64,000 nucleotides of DNA from Candidatus Saccharimonadales bacterium (GCA_041752595.1 JBGSWE010000007.1:76692-140691); one strand, 5' to 3'; positions 9,356 to 18,647 are shown, counted from the first letter of the stretch. The notes: a model not told the origin generated them from the sequence alone. Numbers and translations are program-made.

Positions 9356-9700
9356 TTAAGATAACCAATTGTCTGGATTTTTATCGTCTTCAGCTTGAAT
9401 TAATCTTCTTTGCTCATCTAATCTTCTTGCAATACGGCGAGCAATAGCTTCATTTAAGTTTAGTTCGGCTAATGGTCGGGGGGATACCGGCTCTTTAGGT
9501 TTTGTACGACCACTAGCAGGAATAGTTACGTCTATTTCTCCACGTGCTATTTTGTTCAAAAAACCTAGTATTTTTGGGTCTGTCCTGCCTTCGCGAAATG
9601 CTGCAGCCCTCTCCGAGCTTTCGGTGTACTCAAAATCTAGCCCGCTCAAAATAGCTTCGCTTGGATCAACTGGCTCGTTTGGTTCTAAGATTTCACCCAT
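9356..9700 (-). CDS. Hypothetical protein
   Basis: 114-aa ORF with plausible composition; no recognised motif. Confidence 0.5.
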   Translation of the reverse strand: MGEILEPNEPVDPSEAILSGLDFEYTESSERAAAFREGRTDPKILGFLNKIARGEIDVTIPASGRTKPKEPVSPRPLAELNLNEAIARRIARRLDEQRRLIQAEDDKNPDNWLS

Positions 9701-9757
9701 GAATCTAGCTTACTCACGGTAAATATTTTTGCAAGCATAAACAGAATACTAAATTAT

Positions 9758-9786
9758 TTGATTACGTGTAATTATAGTTATATAAT
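9758..9786 (+). promoter_or_regulatory. Sigma70-type promoter
   Basis: TTGATT (9758-9763), 17-nt spacer, TATAAT (9781-9786). Confidence 0.7.
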
Positions 9787-9852
9787 ATTATTAAGTTTCT
9801 ACAATAGAAATCCTGCCATAGCAGTCACTATGGATGTTCTTTGGAGGTAAAA

Positions 9853-10197
9853 GTGAAAAAACTCTTCGGAGTACTCTTCATACTTGCTGGTATCGCCCTC
9901 GGGTTATACGTAGGTGGATACTTGCTATTCATCGGCGGAATCATCGATTTTGTTGATGGAGTGAAGGCAGAGCCAGTTGATAGTGAGCTGGTTGCTTGGG
10001 GAGTCGGAAAGATTGTATTCGCTAGCCTGATTGGTTGGGGAATATTTTTGGCTTGTTCCGGCATTGGAGTAGCATTACTTCAATCCAACGACTACCCAAA
10101 GCGTAATAGGCCTGGTGGCAATCGTACGAGCAGGGATATTGAGCGCGAATGGGCAAGAATGTCGAGAGAAAACGCCGACCCCGATTACGACAACTAA
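9853..10197 (+). CDS. Small membrane protein with charged C-tail, phage-like in style
   Basis: GTG start 5 nt after GGAGG; hydrophobic segments GVLFILAGIALGLYVGGYLLFIGG and IVFASLIGWGIF. The resemblance to phage membrane proteins is from recall and not verified. Confidence 0.7.
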   Translation: MKKLFGVLFILAGIALGLYVGGYLLFIGGIIDFVDGVKAEPVDSELVAWGVGKIVFASLIGWGIFLACSGIGVALLQSNDYPKRNRPGGNRTSRDIEREWARMSRENADPDYDN

Positions 10198-10264
10198 ATC
10201 AATAACTCCAAAGAAACCCCAAATAAGTTGCAGAGGATGTAACAGTCCGTCTTATTTGGGTACC

Positions 10265-10310
10265 AGCGGCCTAAACTATATTTTTATAATATCTACTTAG
10301 GCCGCTTTTT
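10265..10310 (+). terminator. Intrinsic terminator
   Basis: 10-bp stem agcggcctaa / ttaggccgct followed by tttt. Confidence 0.75.
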
Positions 10311-10357
10311 CATTTATATCCCGTGAATAAGGTATAGAATATAATTAGGAGTTATTT

Positions 10358-10612
10358 ATGAAAAAGTCATTTACTATAGATGAAGCAAAAAAAATCGGTG
10401 AAGAGATAGGCATAGATTTTAAGCAAATTGATTTAGAGCAGTTCAGACTCGGACTAAATGTTGAACTAGAGCACGGATCGCATTACGGAGAAGAAACCAA
10501 CGTCACTAATGATGATCCACATTTTACAGGTCGTATCGCCTGGGCTCACTTAAGAGAAATACCGGATTATTATACAAGGCTAGCAAAAATGGAAGCAGAA
10601 GCTGAAGGTTAA
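10358..10612 (+). CDS. DUF5661-like small protein
   Basis: Pattern GLNVELEH...TGRIAWAHLREIPDYYTRL; SD AGGAG. Confidence 0.7.
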   Translation: MKKSFTIDEAKKIGEEIGIDFKQIDLEQFRLGLNVELEHGSHYGEETNVTNDDPHFTGRIAWAHLREIPDYYTRLAKMEAEAEG

Positions 10613-10710
10613 AAAAGACACACCAGATTAGCAGTTATAGGCTGCTAGGAGTATAATAAGAAGTAATAAGATTCGGCAATGCCGTAGATTAATCAGTTTA
10701 AGGCAACACC

Positions 10711-10767
10711 ATGGCAAGAGACAAAGGGCGCAAAGAAGTTAAAAAACCTAAGAAAGCTAAGGTCTAA
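10711..10767 (+). CDS. Putative 18-aa basic peptide MARDKGRKEVKKPKKAKV
   Basis: ATG preceded by AAGG; very Lys/Arg-rich; its stop lies 2 nt before the next ATG. Confidence 0.5.
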   Translation: MARDKGRKEVKKPKKAKV

Positions 10768-10769
10768 TT

Positions 10770-11018
10770 ATGCCGACTATCAAGAAAAAGGATTACCTAA
10801 ATAACACCGAAGAAAGTTTGGCAATTGAACAAACACTTAGGGACATGATGACTAGTACAACCTACCACACAGAATCTAGTTATAGTGCCGATGGCGAAAA
10901 TTACCCAGAAGGAATCATCCCATTTATAGACAAGCACATGAAATACCTGCGCTCTCACCCAACTACAGACCCACAACAGTATTTGTCCAACCTTAGACTT
11001 ATGACACGTATCCGTTAG
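10770..11018 (+). CDS. Hypothetical protein
   Basis: 82-aa ORF ending FIDKHMKYL...YLSNLRLMTRIR; no assigned function. Confidence 0.6.
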   Translation: MPTIKKKDYLNNTEESLAIEQTLRDMMTSTTYHTESSYSADGENYPEGIIPFIDKHMKYLRSHPTTDPQQYLSNLRLMTRIR

Positions 11019-11039
11019 AAACTTAATCGAATACCACTG

Positions 11040-11200
11040 TTGACTTATTAAAATTTTTATGCTAATATAAGAGCATTGTTTAAATGGATCCTGGTTTAGT
11101 TAGTAGTATTACCGCGGTTTCATTCGGGCAATCTCTGTACAAATACAGACTGCACTAGAACTGCAAATACACTTAACTAAATATAAAAGGATCTATTTTT
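11040..11200 (+). promoter_or_regulatory. Promoter plus SD-occluding 5' leader of the DEAD-box gene
   Basis: TTGACT (11040-11045), 17-nt spacer ending TGC, TAATAT (11063-11068); aaatggatcct (11082-11092) pairs with aggatctattt (11188-11198), which covers the SD. Confidence 0.65.
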
Positions 11201-12409
11201 ATGTCTTACTCTTATAAAATGAGCCGTAGCTCTTCTGTTTCGAGTCGTTACGACCGCAACCGAGGCAGCCATCGCAAATCAAACGCACCAAAACGTCGTG
11301 GTCAATACATCGACCCAAGCCGTTTTGTTAAAACCGCAACTATCGGTACCGTAGAGGCCTATGTTCCTACACACACCTTCATGGATTTTGCACTTGATGC
11401 AAAGCTTCAAACTAACCTAGCTTCAAAAGGCTTTGTAACACCATCACCAATTCAGGACCAAACTATTCCATCTGCTTTAAGTGGACGTGACATTATTGGT
11501 ATTGCTAGCACCGGAACTGGTAAAACAGCAGCTTTTGCCCTACCAATGCTTCAAAAACTTATGAATGAACAGGGTAGCGCTGCATTAATTGTTGCCCCTA
11601 CTCGTGAGCTTGCACAGCAAATCGAAGCCGAGTGCAAACTACTTGGACGCGGCAGTGGATTGTTTGCAACTCTGTTAATTGGCGGTACTAGTATGACTAA
11701 TCAACTTCGAGATTTGAAACAAAATCCACGAGTAGTCATAGGTACACCTGGTCGTATCAAAGATCACATGCAACGCGGAACTCTTAACCTAAAGAATGTT
11801 AACGTCGTAGTGTTAGACGAAGTAGATCGAATGCTAGACATGGGCTTTATTCAGGATGTAACCGAAATACTTAGCCAAGCTAGCGCAGAACGTCAATCAA
11901 TGTTCTTTTCTGCAACCCTAGAACCTAAAGTTCGAAACCTAATTAACACATTCAGCACCGATCCAGTTGTTGTATCAATTGCCGCCAGTACTTCAAGTGA
12001 TAATGTTCACCAAGATGTAGTGCGTTACGCCGGCAATAACGAGCGATTAGAAAAACTTCATGATATTTTACTAAACGATAAAGTATCAAAAGTAATATTA
12101 TTTGACGAAACTCAAAGAAGCGTTGAACGCCTAAGCCAGGAGTTAATTGAGCGAGGCTTCAAAGCTGATGCAATACACGGCGGTAAAAGCCAAGGCCAAC
12201 GACAAAGAGCATTAGACAAATTCAAGCGAAACGATATCAAAATTCTAGTTGCAACTGACGTAGCTGCAAGAGGCATTGATGTTGCAGACATAAGCCACGT
12301 CATTAACTATTCTGTTCCTCAAATGTACGATGACTATATTCACCGTATTGGACGTGCTGGACGCGCCGGTCAAGTTGGTTACGCCCTAACCTTTGTTGCC
12401 CATTCTTAA
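11201..12409 (+). CDS. DEAD-box RNA helicase (RhlE/CshA-like; motif II is DEVD)
   Basis: Q motif, TGTGKT, PTRELA, TPGR, DEVD, SAT, ARGID and HRIGRAGR. Confidence 0.95.
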   Translation: MSYSYKMSRSSSVSSRYDRNRGSHRKSNAPKRRGQYIDPSRFVKTATIGTVEAYVPTHTFMDFALDAKLQTNLASKGFVTPSPIQDQTIPSALSGRDIIGIASTGTGKTAAFALPMLQKLMNEQGSAALIVAPTRELAQQIEAECKLLGRGSGLFATLLIGGTSMTNQLRDLKQNPRVVIGTPGRIKDHMQRGTLNLKNVNVVVLDEVDRMLDMGFIQDVTEILSQASAERQSMFFSATLEPKVRNLINTFSTDPVVVSIAASTSSDNVHQDVVRYAGNNERLEKLHDILLNDKVSKVILFDETQRSVERLSQELIERGFKADAIHGGKSQGQRQRALDKFKRNDIKILVATDVAARGIDVADISHVINYSVPQMYDDYIHRIGRAGRAGQVGYALTFVAHS

Positions 12410-12481
12410 GTTTGATATCTTAAGACATTCTACAGAATCTATATTCTTCCTAATTAGCTAAATATTGCTATCATTAAAGGC

Positions 12482-13210
12482 ATGACACTGACTGAAGCCT
12501 TTTGGACTATACATAGTGAACTTCCACGCCAAGCACCTGGGTCTGATTCGGCTACAAGAAACCTGCTAAGACTTGCTGGTGGAGTAGAAAGCTTTAAACG
12601 CGTTCTAGTAATCGAACCTGGGGCAGGTTGTTCGGCGTTGGTTTTGGCTGAGTTAGGGCTTGAAGTAACGGCTATCATTATGTCGTCACAGATGAATGAA
12701 AAGGCAAAAAACTCTGCCACCTCAAAAAATTATAAAATAGATTTTAAAACTGATCTATTATCTATACCGCTAAATACCGAACCTTACGACCTCATATGGG
12801 CAGAGGGTTCTGTGTCTTTGCATGGCTTCGAAGCAAGCTTAAATGAATGGAAACATTTACTAAAAACTGAAGGGGTTCTAGTAATAACCGACTGTATTTG
12901 GACCACAAAATTACCCGACGAAGAGACAAAATTATTCTGGTCTAAAACATATCCAAATATGCTTGATGCCGATAGGGCTAGAATTGCTGCTAAGAATTCT
13001 GGTTTTGACGTACTCAGAACCTACGTATTATCCGATGCAAATTGGTGGGACGAATATTATATTCCACTCCAAAAGCGTCACGATGATTTAAGAAATGAAA
13101 CCGATCCAGCAATTTTACAAGCAATAGAAATTGGCAAGGCCCAGATTAATCTACGAGAAAAGCATTTTAAAGAGTATGATTACGTCGGTTTTGTCCTAAA
13201 AAAGGTGTAA
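12482..13210 (+). CDS. Class I SAM-dependent methyltransferase
   Basis: VLVIEPGAG (degenerate motif I), YDLIWAEG and LKTEGVLVITD. Confidence 0.75.
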   Translation: MTLTEAFWTIHSELPRQAPGSDSATRNLLRLAGGVESFKRVLVIEPGAGCSALVLAELGLEVTAIIMSSQMNEKAKNSATSKNYKIDFKTDLLSIPLNTEPYDLIWAEGSVSLHGFEASLNEWKHLLKTEGVLVITDCIWTTKLPDEETKLFWSKTYPNMLDADRARIAAKNSGFDVLRTYVLSDANWWDEYYIPLQKRHDDLRNETDPAILQAIEIGKAQINLREKHFKEYDYVGFVLKKV

Positions 13211-13222
13211 TATAACACTTAT

Positions 13223-14689
13223 ATGCAGTTTGACTTCCCTTCATTAGTTACCATTTGGTTCGGTTTTGAAATAATTATCAGGATTATGGCTCTATTTGTG
13301 GTGCCACGTAACCGTAAACCAACCTCTGCTGCAGCGTGGCTAATAATAATTATGCTTTTCCCATTGCTTGGACTATTACTATTTTTACTTATAGGCAGCC
13401 CAAGATTATCCAAACGTAGACAAGCAAAACAAAAATTCATGGATAAAGTTATCCAAAAAGCGGTAGGTAAAGCTGAGGGTTCTAAGGACTTAAAAAAATT
13501 TATTCACACAGATGTAGAAAGCGATATCCAGCCATTTGTATCGCTCAATAGTAACCTAAGCAAATTACCGGCCTTCAGTGGAAACTATGTAGAAATTCTA
13601 CATGAGTACGACGAAATAATTTCGCAGATTGCAAAAGATGTTAGAAATTCAAAGAATTTTGTTCATATAGAATTTTTCATAATGGTACTAGACGAAACTA
13701 CAGAAGTATTATTTGAGGCTATGGAATATGCCGTTCAGCAGGGAGTTAAGGTTAGGGTGTTGTTCGACTATTTTGGAGTTAGAAGATATCCCAACCTAAA
13801 ACAAATGAAGCAAAGAATGGACAAAGCCGGTATTGAATGGCGAGCAATGTTACCAATTCGGATGCCGGGCAAAAACTACAACCGACCAGATTTACGCAAT
13901 CACAGAAAAATAGTTGTTATAGACGGAGATATTGGATATACAGGTTCGTTAAACATTATTAAACGAAATTATCACCGCAAAGATAAACTCTACTATGACG
14001 AATTAATGGTTAAAATAAAGGGACCTGTCGTTACCCAGCTTCACGGGGTGTTTATATCTGACTGGTACGCAGAAACCAATGAACTACTAAGCCGTGAACT
14101 TAGGCCAGAAATAAAATATACTCCTAAAAAAGCCGGGGATGTATTATCGCAGGTGCTTCCGAGTGGACCTGGCTATGAATTCGAAAACAACTTAAAACTA
14201 TTTAATAGTCTGATTTATTCGGCTAAAAAACGTATCGTGATTACTAACCCCTATTTTGTTCCTGACGAATCATTACTTGCAGCAGTTATCACAGCAGCCC
14301 AAAGAAGTGTAGAAGTAATTATGCTTAATTCTGACATTATGGATCAAAAAATGGTTGGTCATGCACAGCGCTCATTTTACGAACAGTTACTTAGAGCAGG
14401 GGTCAAAATATACTGGTATCCTTGGCCAATACTACTTCATTCGAAACACCTAACAATTGATGACTCAATCTCTGTTATTGGCTCTAGCAATTTTGATATC
14501 CGCTCTTTTCAACTTGATTTAGAAGTATCTTTCATCGCATACGACCAGGCCCTTACCAAGCAATTACATAAAGTTGAAGATATATATATTTCTCGTAGCA
14601 AACTAATAACTCTAGAAAAATGGCAAAAACGATCATTCAAAAATAGACTACTCGATAATATAGCTCGACTTACTTCTGCACTGCAATAA
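13223..14689 (+). CDS. cls: Cardiolipin synthase
   Basis: N-terminal PLD_N TM pair and two HKD motifs (HRKIVVID and HSKHLTID). Confidence 0.92.
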   Translation: MQFDFPSLVTIWFGFEIIIRIMALFVVPRNRKPTSAAAWLIIIMLFPLLGLLLFLLIGSPRLSKRRQAKQKFMDKVIQKAVGKAEGSKDLKKFIHTDVESDIQPFVSLNSNLSKLPAFSGNYVEILHEYDEIISQIAKDVRNSKNFVHIEFFIMVLDETTEVLFEAMEYAVQQGVKVRVLFDYFGVRRYPNLKQMKQRMDKAGIEWRAMLPIRMPGKNYNRPDLRNHRKIVVIDGDIGYTGSLNIIKRNYHRKDKLYYDELMVKIKGPVVTQLHGVFISDWYAETNELLSRELRPEIKYTPKKAGDVLSQVLPSGPGYEFENNLKLFNSLIYSAKKRIVITNPYFVPDESLLAAVITAAQRSVEVIMLNSDIMDQKMVGHAQRSFYEQLLRAGVKIYWYPWPILLHSKHLTIDDSISVIGSSNFDIRSFQLDLEVSFIAYDQALTKQLHKVEDIYISRSKLITLEKWQKRSFKNRLLDNIARLTSALQ

Positions 14690-14691
14690 AT

Positions 14692-15216
14692 CTATTGATA
14701 TTCAGATCTAAATAACCAAAGGTATGACATTGACCAAAAGCTAACTATTGAAGCAATAAGATACTGGGCAATATTGAATGGCTCAATAAAGAAACATAGT
14801 AGACCTAGTACCAAATTTAAACCAAAAGCAAACCAATAAAATTTAGATGGTGCATCGACCAAACCATTAAACAAATAGCCAAATGCCATCACAACCAGCC
14901 AAAAGGCCCCTAGATAGCCAATTAGGCCGCTTAAGGAGTCTACTCGAAAGGCAAGCCCTGAAACTGTCATACCAATCAAAATTGGGAAAAACCAGGCCGC
15001 CAGAATAAGTTTCATCTTTGATTCTTTAAGCGGCATAACCCAAGCCATATAGCCAAGCCCAATCACTGAGAGTAACGCCCAAAAACCATTTATTTGCTTA
15101 GTTTGAATATAATGGGTTAGCACAAAACCAATAGTTACTAGCAGCATCCATAATAAATATACCCTAGCTCTTTTATCTGTTAAAAGATAATTAAAACTTG
15201 GTATTTTGTCGTTCAT
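14692..15216 (-). CDS. Hypothetical multi-pass membrane protein
   Basis: About 6 hydrophobic segments; overlaps the cupredoxin stop codon (translational coupling). Confidence 0.65.
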   Translation of the reverse strand: MNDKIPSFNYLLTDKRARVYLLWMLLVTIGFVLTHYIQTKQINGFWALLSVIGLGYMAWVMPLKESKMKLILAAWFFPILIGMTVSGLAFRVDSLSGLIGYLGAFWLVVMAFGYLFNGLVDAPSKFYWFAFGLNLVLGLLCFFIEPFNIAQYLIASIVSFWSMSYLWLFRSEYQ

Positions 15217-15653
15217 TATTCAACTACAACAACTTTTGCTTTCATATATGGGTGAGGGGAGCAAATATAGTCATATGTGCCGACGGTATCAAAAGTATAG
15301 CTGTAGCTCTCACCTCTTGCTAGTAGCTCGCTTGCTTCAAAATTTTCAGAGGTCTCTACAGGCGTAACATCATGCTTTGCGCTATCTTGGTTTGTCCAGG
15401 TTACTTTAGAGCCTTTTTTGATTGTTATTGTTGCAGGGCTAAACGCAAAGTTCTTTATATCAACACTAACATCACCAACAGTTACCTCTGCCTGGTCGTT
15501 ATTGTTATTTAATTGTTCGCTAGAGTTAGTGCTAGAGTTTGTTTGGTTAGATTCTGACTGGCTTGGTTCTGAACTATTGCTACTTATTAGCACAAACGCC
15601 AAAGCAGATACGGACACAAGTCCAATCACAATTGCTACTACTGGTTTTTTCAT
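15216..15653 (-). CDS. Membrane-anchored cupredoxin (plastocyanin/amicyanin-like)
   Basis: FSPATITIKKG, WTNQDSAKH and a type-1 copper loop YICSPHPYM. Confidence 0.9.
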   Translation of the reverse strand: MKKPVVAIVIGLVSVSALAFVLISSNSSEPSQSESNQTNSSTNSSEQLNNNNDQAEVTVGDVSVDIKNFAFSPATITIKKGSKVTWTNQDSAKHDVTPVETSENFEASELLARGESYSYTFDTVGTYDYICSPHPYMKAKVVVVE

Positions 15654-15722
15654 CAAACTCCCTCTTAAATTTGCTAGTTTACATAAGCATTCTACAGGGT
15701 ATATGGTTTTATATAAAGAGGG

Positions 15723-16172
15723 TTAACTTTCTTTATTAAATATAAATTTCATCCATGCATTAAAATTTCGTTCATACCAAGGGCCCTCATCCTGAATAGA
15801 TTGTGGCGCAACTTCTGGCTCTGAAGTTATTGGAACTGAATATTTCAAGGCGACACTTTCTGGCACAATCAAAAGCTTCTCACCTGCATTAGCTTTGTTA
15901 AATTGTTTGCGAGCAGCAAGTTCTAGATATTGGTCAGTTTCTAGGTATTTATTACTTAGTAAAAGGTTAGAGTTTTCTAGTTTTTGCAGATCATTTGTCT
16001 GCTGATAAACAGATATTTGCTTCTGAAGATCATAATTTGTCTGAACAACTCGTACACCGCTCCAGGTAACCAAAACAGCAATCACGCCAAACACAATAAG
16101 CCCCAGATTACGAACATCACTTAGTGCTGATATCCAGGAAGATTTTTGAAGTTTTTTTATTTTTTCGATCAT
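15723..16172 (-). CDS. FtsB/DivIC-like septum formation initiator
   Basis: Single TM, coiled coil and the ELAARKQFN...GEK pattern. Confidence 0.7.
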   Translation of the reverse strand: MIEKIKKLQKSSWISALSDVRNLGLIVFGVIAVLVTWSGVRVVQTNYDLQKQISVYQQTNDLQKLENSNLLLSNKYLETDQYLELAARKQFNKANAGEKLLIVPESVALKYSVPITSEPEVAPQSIQDEGPWYERNFNAWMKFIFNKES

Positions 16173-16287
16173 TTGTATTTATATTATATAGCTTCATGTA
16201 AAGAAATCTATTAGAATCATTTTTCTTATGCTTGCACCGAAGTAGTATTTAGTAATAACATTAGTTAAAAATAACGGAGTTTTCCTA

Positions 16288-16587
16288 ATGCCCCCTAAAA
16301 TAATTCAATTTCCAAATATTAATCCTGAAAGCGGGCAAGATTGGCAGGATTACGCTAATTGTTTGGGTCTTGACCCAGATCTATTCTTCCCAGAACGGGG
16401 AGAAATTACAGATGAAGCAAAGGAAGTGTGTAGAGGCTGTGATGTACAAAATGATTGTCTAGAGTTTGCGCTTCAAACAGGTGAAAAGTTTGGAATATGG
16501 GGAGGCATGTCTGAACGTGAACGGCGACGTATTCGCCGCCAACGCAGACTCAGTAGTAGTCTTGGCGATGTAGCTGTTGATTATTAA
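16288..16587 (+). CDS. whiB: WhiB-family Fe-S transcriptional regulator
   Basis: W..YANC...DPDLFFP, AKEVCRGCDVQNDCL (four Cys) and GIWGGMSERER signature. Confidence 0.95.
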   Translation: MPPKIIQFPNINPESGQDWQDYANCLGLDPDLFFPERGEITDEAKEVCRGCDVQNDCLEFALQTGEKFGIWGGMSERERRRIRRQRRLSSSLGDVAVDY

Positions 16588-16686
16588 TGTCAAATCAACC
16601 AAAATCTGCTATACTCTTATCTGTTAAAGTAGTTTAGTTAATGAGTAATTATTCTTGAAAACTTATAACAAAACTAGAAATTGCGC

Positions 16687-16762
16687 GGGGGTATAGCTCA
16701 GTGGTTAGAGCAGAGGACTCATAATCCTTTGGCCCTTGGTTCAAGTCCAAGTACCCCCACCA
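16687..16762 (+). tRNA. tRNA-Ile2 (CAT, lysidine-modified)
   Basis: GGGGGTATAGCTCAGTGGTTAGAGCAGAGGACTCATAATCCTTTGGCCCTTGGTTCAAGTCCAAGTACCCCCACCA has an ileX-like layout; the two Met tRNAs are accounted for elsewhere in the window. Confidence 0.85.
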
Positions 16763-16797
16763 AATTAAGGACCTCCTATATGGAGGTTTTTAATTTG
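16762..16797 (+). terminator. Terminator between tRNA-Ile2 and dus
   Basis: aaattaagg-acctcc / ggaggt-ttttaattt stem with a T-run. Confidence 0.7.
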
Positions 16798-16841
16798 TCG
16801 AATATTGGACTATAAATTAATCAATAACCCCTGATACATTT

Positions 16842-17810
16842 TTATAAATATTCTAATAATTGATCTGCTGACTCGCTAGCCATTAACTTTTCTCTGAGTT
16901 CTTTGGCACCATCAAAATCTGATATATAAATTTTGCTAAATTTGTTTAAAGTATGAATTGGCCGTTCGTTATTAGTCCAAGTTTCAGCAAATAGCGTAGC
17001 GTGATGTCTAAGCATAGTTTTTCTATCTTCCTCCCCTACACTTCCCCAATTTGAACGTTTTGCGAACACAAAAGGATCATGAAATACACCTCGTCCTATC
17101 ATAATGCCGTCGATACCGTATTGTTTTGCAAGTTCTTCTCCATGTTTTCTATTTTCTACATCCCCGTTGCCCACTATCAACGTGCTTGGGGATACTTTAT
17201 CTCTAAGTTTGATAATTTCTGTAGCGTATTCCCAATGGGCTGGAACCTTGCTCATTTCTTTTCGCGTACGCCAATGCACCGTGAGCATATGCAGATCAAA
17301 TCCCAGCAAAAATTCGTGCCAAGTTAGATCAATTGCACTAAATCCGAGCCGAGTCTTTACGCTTACTGGTAAATCTCCTGCTCCTTTTTTTGTAGCTTCA
17401 ATAATTTCTTTTGCTAAAGGCCGATTATTTATAAGCGCCGAACATGTGCCGTTTTTAACCTCAGATTTAGCTGGACAGCCCATATTTAGATCTATACCGA
17501 CAAAGTTAACACCTTCAGGCAGTCCCAGCTCCTTTGCTACAGTTCCATCAGCTATTTCTCTTGCAGTTTTTTCAAAATTTTCAGGTTTCAGGCCCCAAAG
17601 CTGAGCTATCAGTGGACCCTCGTTTGTAACAAATCTTAACTTTTTCATAAGTTTTGGTCGTCCCGGGCTTTGCAAACCATCAACGTTCACAAACTCAGTA
17701 AAATATAGATCTGCTGGGGCGTTTTTGTGAACCACTTGCCTAAAAACGGTGTCAGTGACATCGTCCATTGGCGCAAGAACAAAAAATGGCTTGGGTAATT
17801 TATCAAACAT
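16842..17810 (-). CDS. dus: tRNA-dihydrouridine synthase
   Basis: LAPMDDVTD, IDLNMGCP, VSVKTRLG, GNGDV and GIMIGRG. Confidence 0.92.
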   Translation of the reverse strand: MFDKLPKPFFVLAPMDDVTDTVFRQVVHKNAPADLYFTEFVNVDGLQSPGRPKLMKKLRFVTNEGPLIAQLWGLKPENFEKTAREIADGTVAKELGLPEGVNFVGIDLNMGCPAKSEVKNGTCSALINNRPLAKEIIEATKKGAGDLPVSVKTRLGFSAIDLTWHEFLLGFDLHMLTVHWRTRKEMSKVPAHWEYATEIIKLRDKVSPSTLIVGNGDVENRKHGEELAKQYGIDGIMIGRGVFHDPFVFAKRSNWGSVGEEDRKTMLRHHATLFAETWTNNERPIHTLNKFSKIYISDFDGAKELREKLMASESADQLLEYL

Positions 17811-17837
17811 ACTCTACGATTTTACCTTACTTAATAA

Positions 17838-18647
17838 CTAAGACCGCCCAGTAGAGTTTATCATTTCGTCTAGTGGCACCCTGTCCAATAAAACATCCAT
17901 ACTTAAGTCAATATTTGGAAAAGCTGCAACTAAAGTTTCGTGCCTCGATCGCCAAGCATCTATACGATAATCTTGTTCTTCTAATGCTGACTGCATAAGT
18001 ATGATTCCCGTATCTGTTCTAAGGGCATCGTGATTATCTGCTGCATATTTACCAAAAGCTATAGTTTGCTCACCTACACCTGGCGCAAAAACATCAATCG
18101 CTACAATAACCCTTTCGTCTGGTACTATCTTCTTTCTATTCTTATCCCAAATCGGCTCAAATGGTTGGTATAAACAATGTCCCATGTCCTCAATTGCTTC
18201 AGCGGCTTGGTATGCAACACTATCTTGTAATGTTTCATCTTTGATAGCTGCAGAAAGAGCCTGTTCTAGTACATCTTTGCGGCCTTGTGCTATCATCCAA
18301 AAAGTCGCTAAAGTGCTTTCAGTGTTTTCGGCAATATGAATTGGTTGCCTTTGACCTGCCGCAATCACCTTGTCTTTGTTAGCTATCATAGCTTTAACAG
18401 CCTCACGTCCAACCGCTTTAGCCCTAGGGCCACCAACATATCTTTTTGCTACAGCCTCAGTAACTGGATCAAATCGATAGCCTGCAAGAATATCGTCCAA
18501 AATTGGTTTTTTATAATCTACTTCACGCCAAGATTGAACAGCCAAAAGTCCATCAGTATTAACAATCGGCATATCTTTAGGAACTTCAAAACTTTGCCTT
18601 GTTTTACCCAGTGGGCCTTGGTTTGGATTATAGTTTCGACCCGACAT
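17838..18647 (-). CDS. Hypothetical protein
   Basis: 269-aa ORF overlapping the stop of the upstream gene; no recognised motif. Confidence 0.6.
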   Translation of the reverse strand: MSGRNYNPNQGPLGKTRQSFEVPKDMPIVNTDGLLAVQSWREVDYKKPILDDILAGYRFDPVTEAVAKRYVGGPRAKAVGREAVKAMIANKDKVIAAGQRQPIHIAENTESTLATFWMIAQGRKDVLEQALSAAIKDETLQDSVAYQAAEAIEDMGHCLYQPFEPIWDKNRKKIVPDERVIVAIDVFAPGVGEQTIAFGKYAADNHDALRTDTGIILMQSALEEQDYRIDAWRSRHETLVAAFPNIDLSMDVLLDRVPLDEMINSTGRS

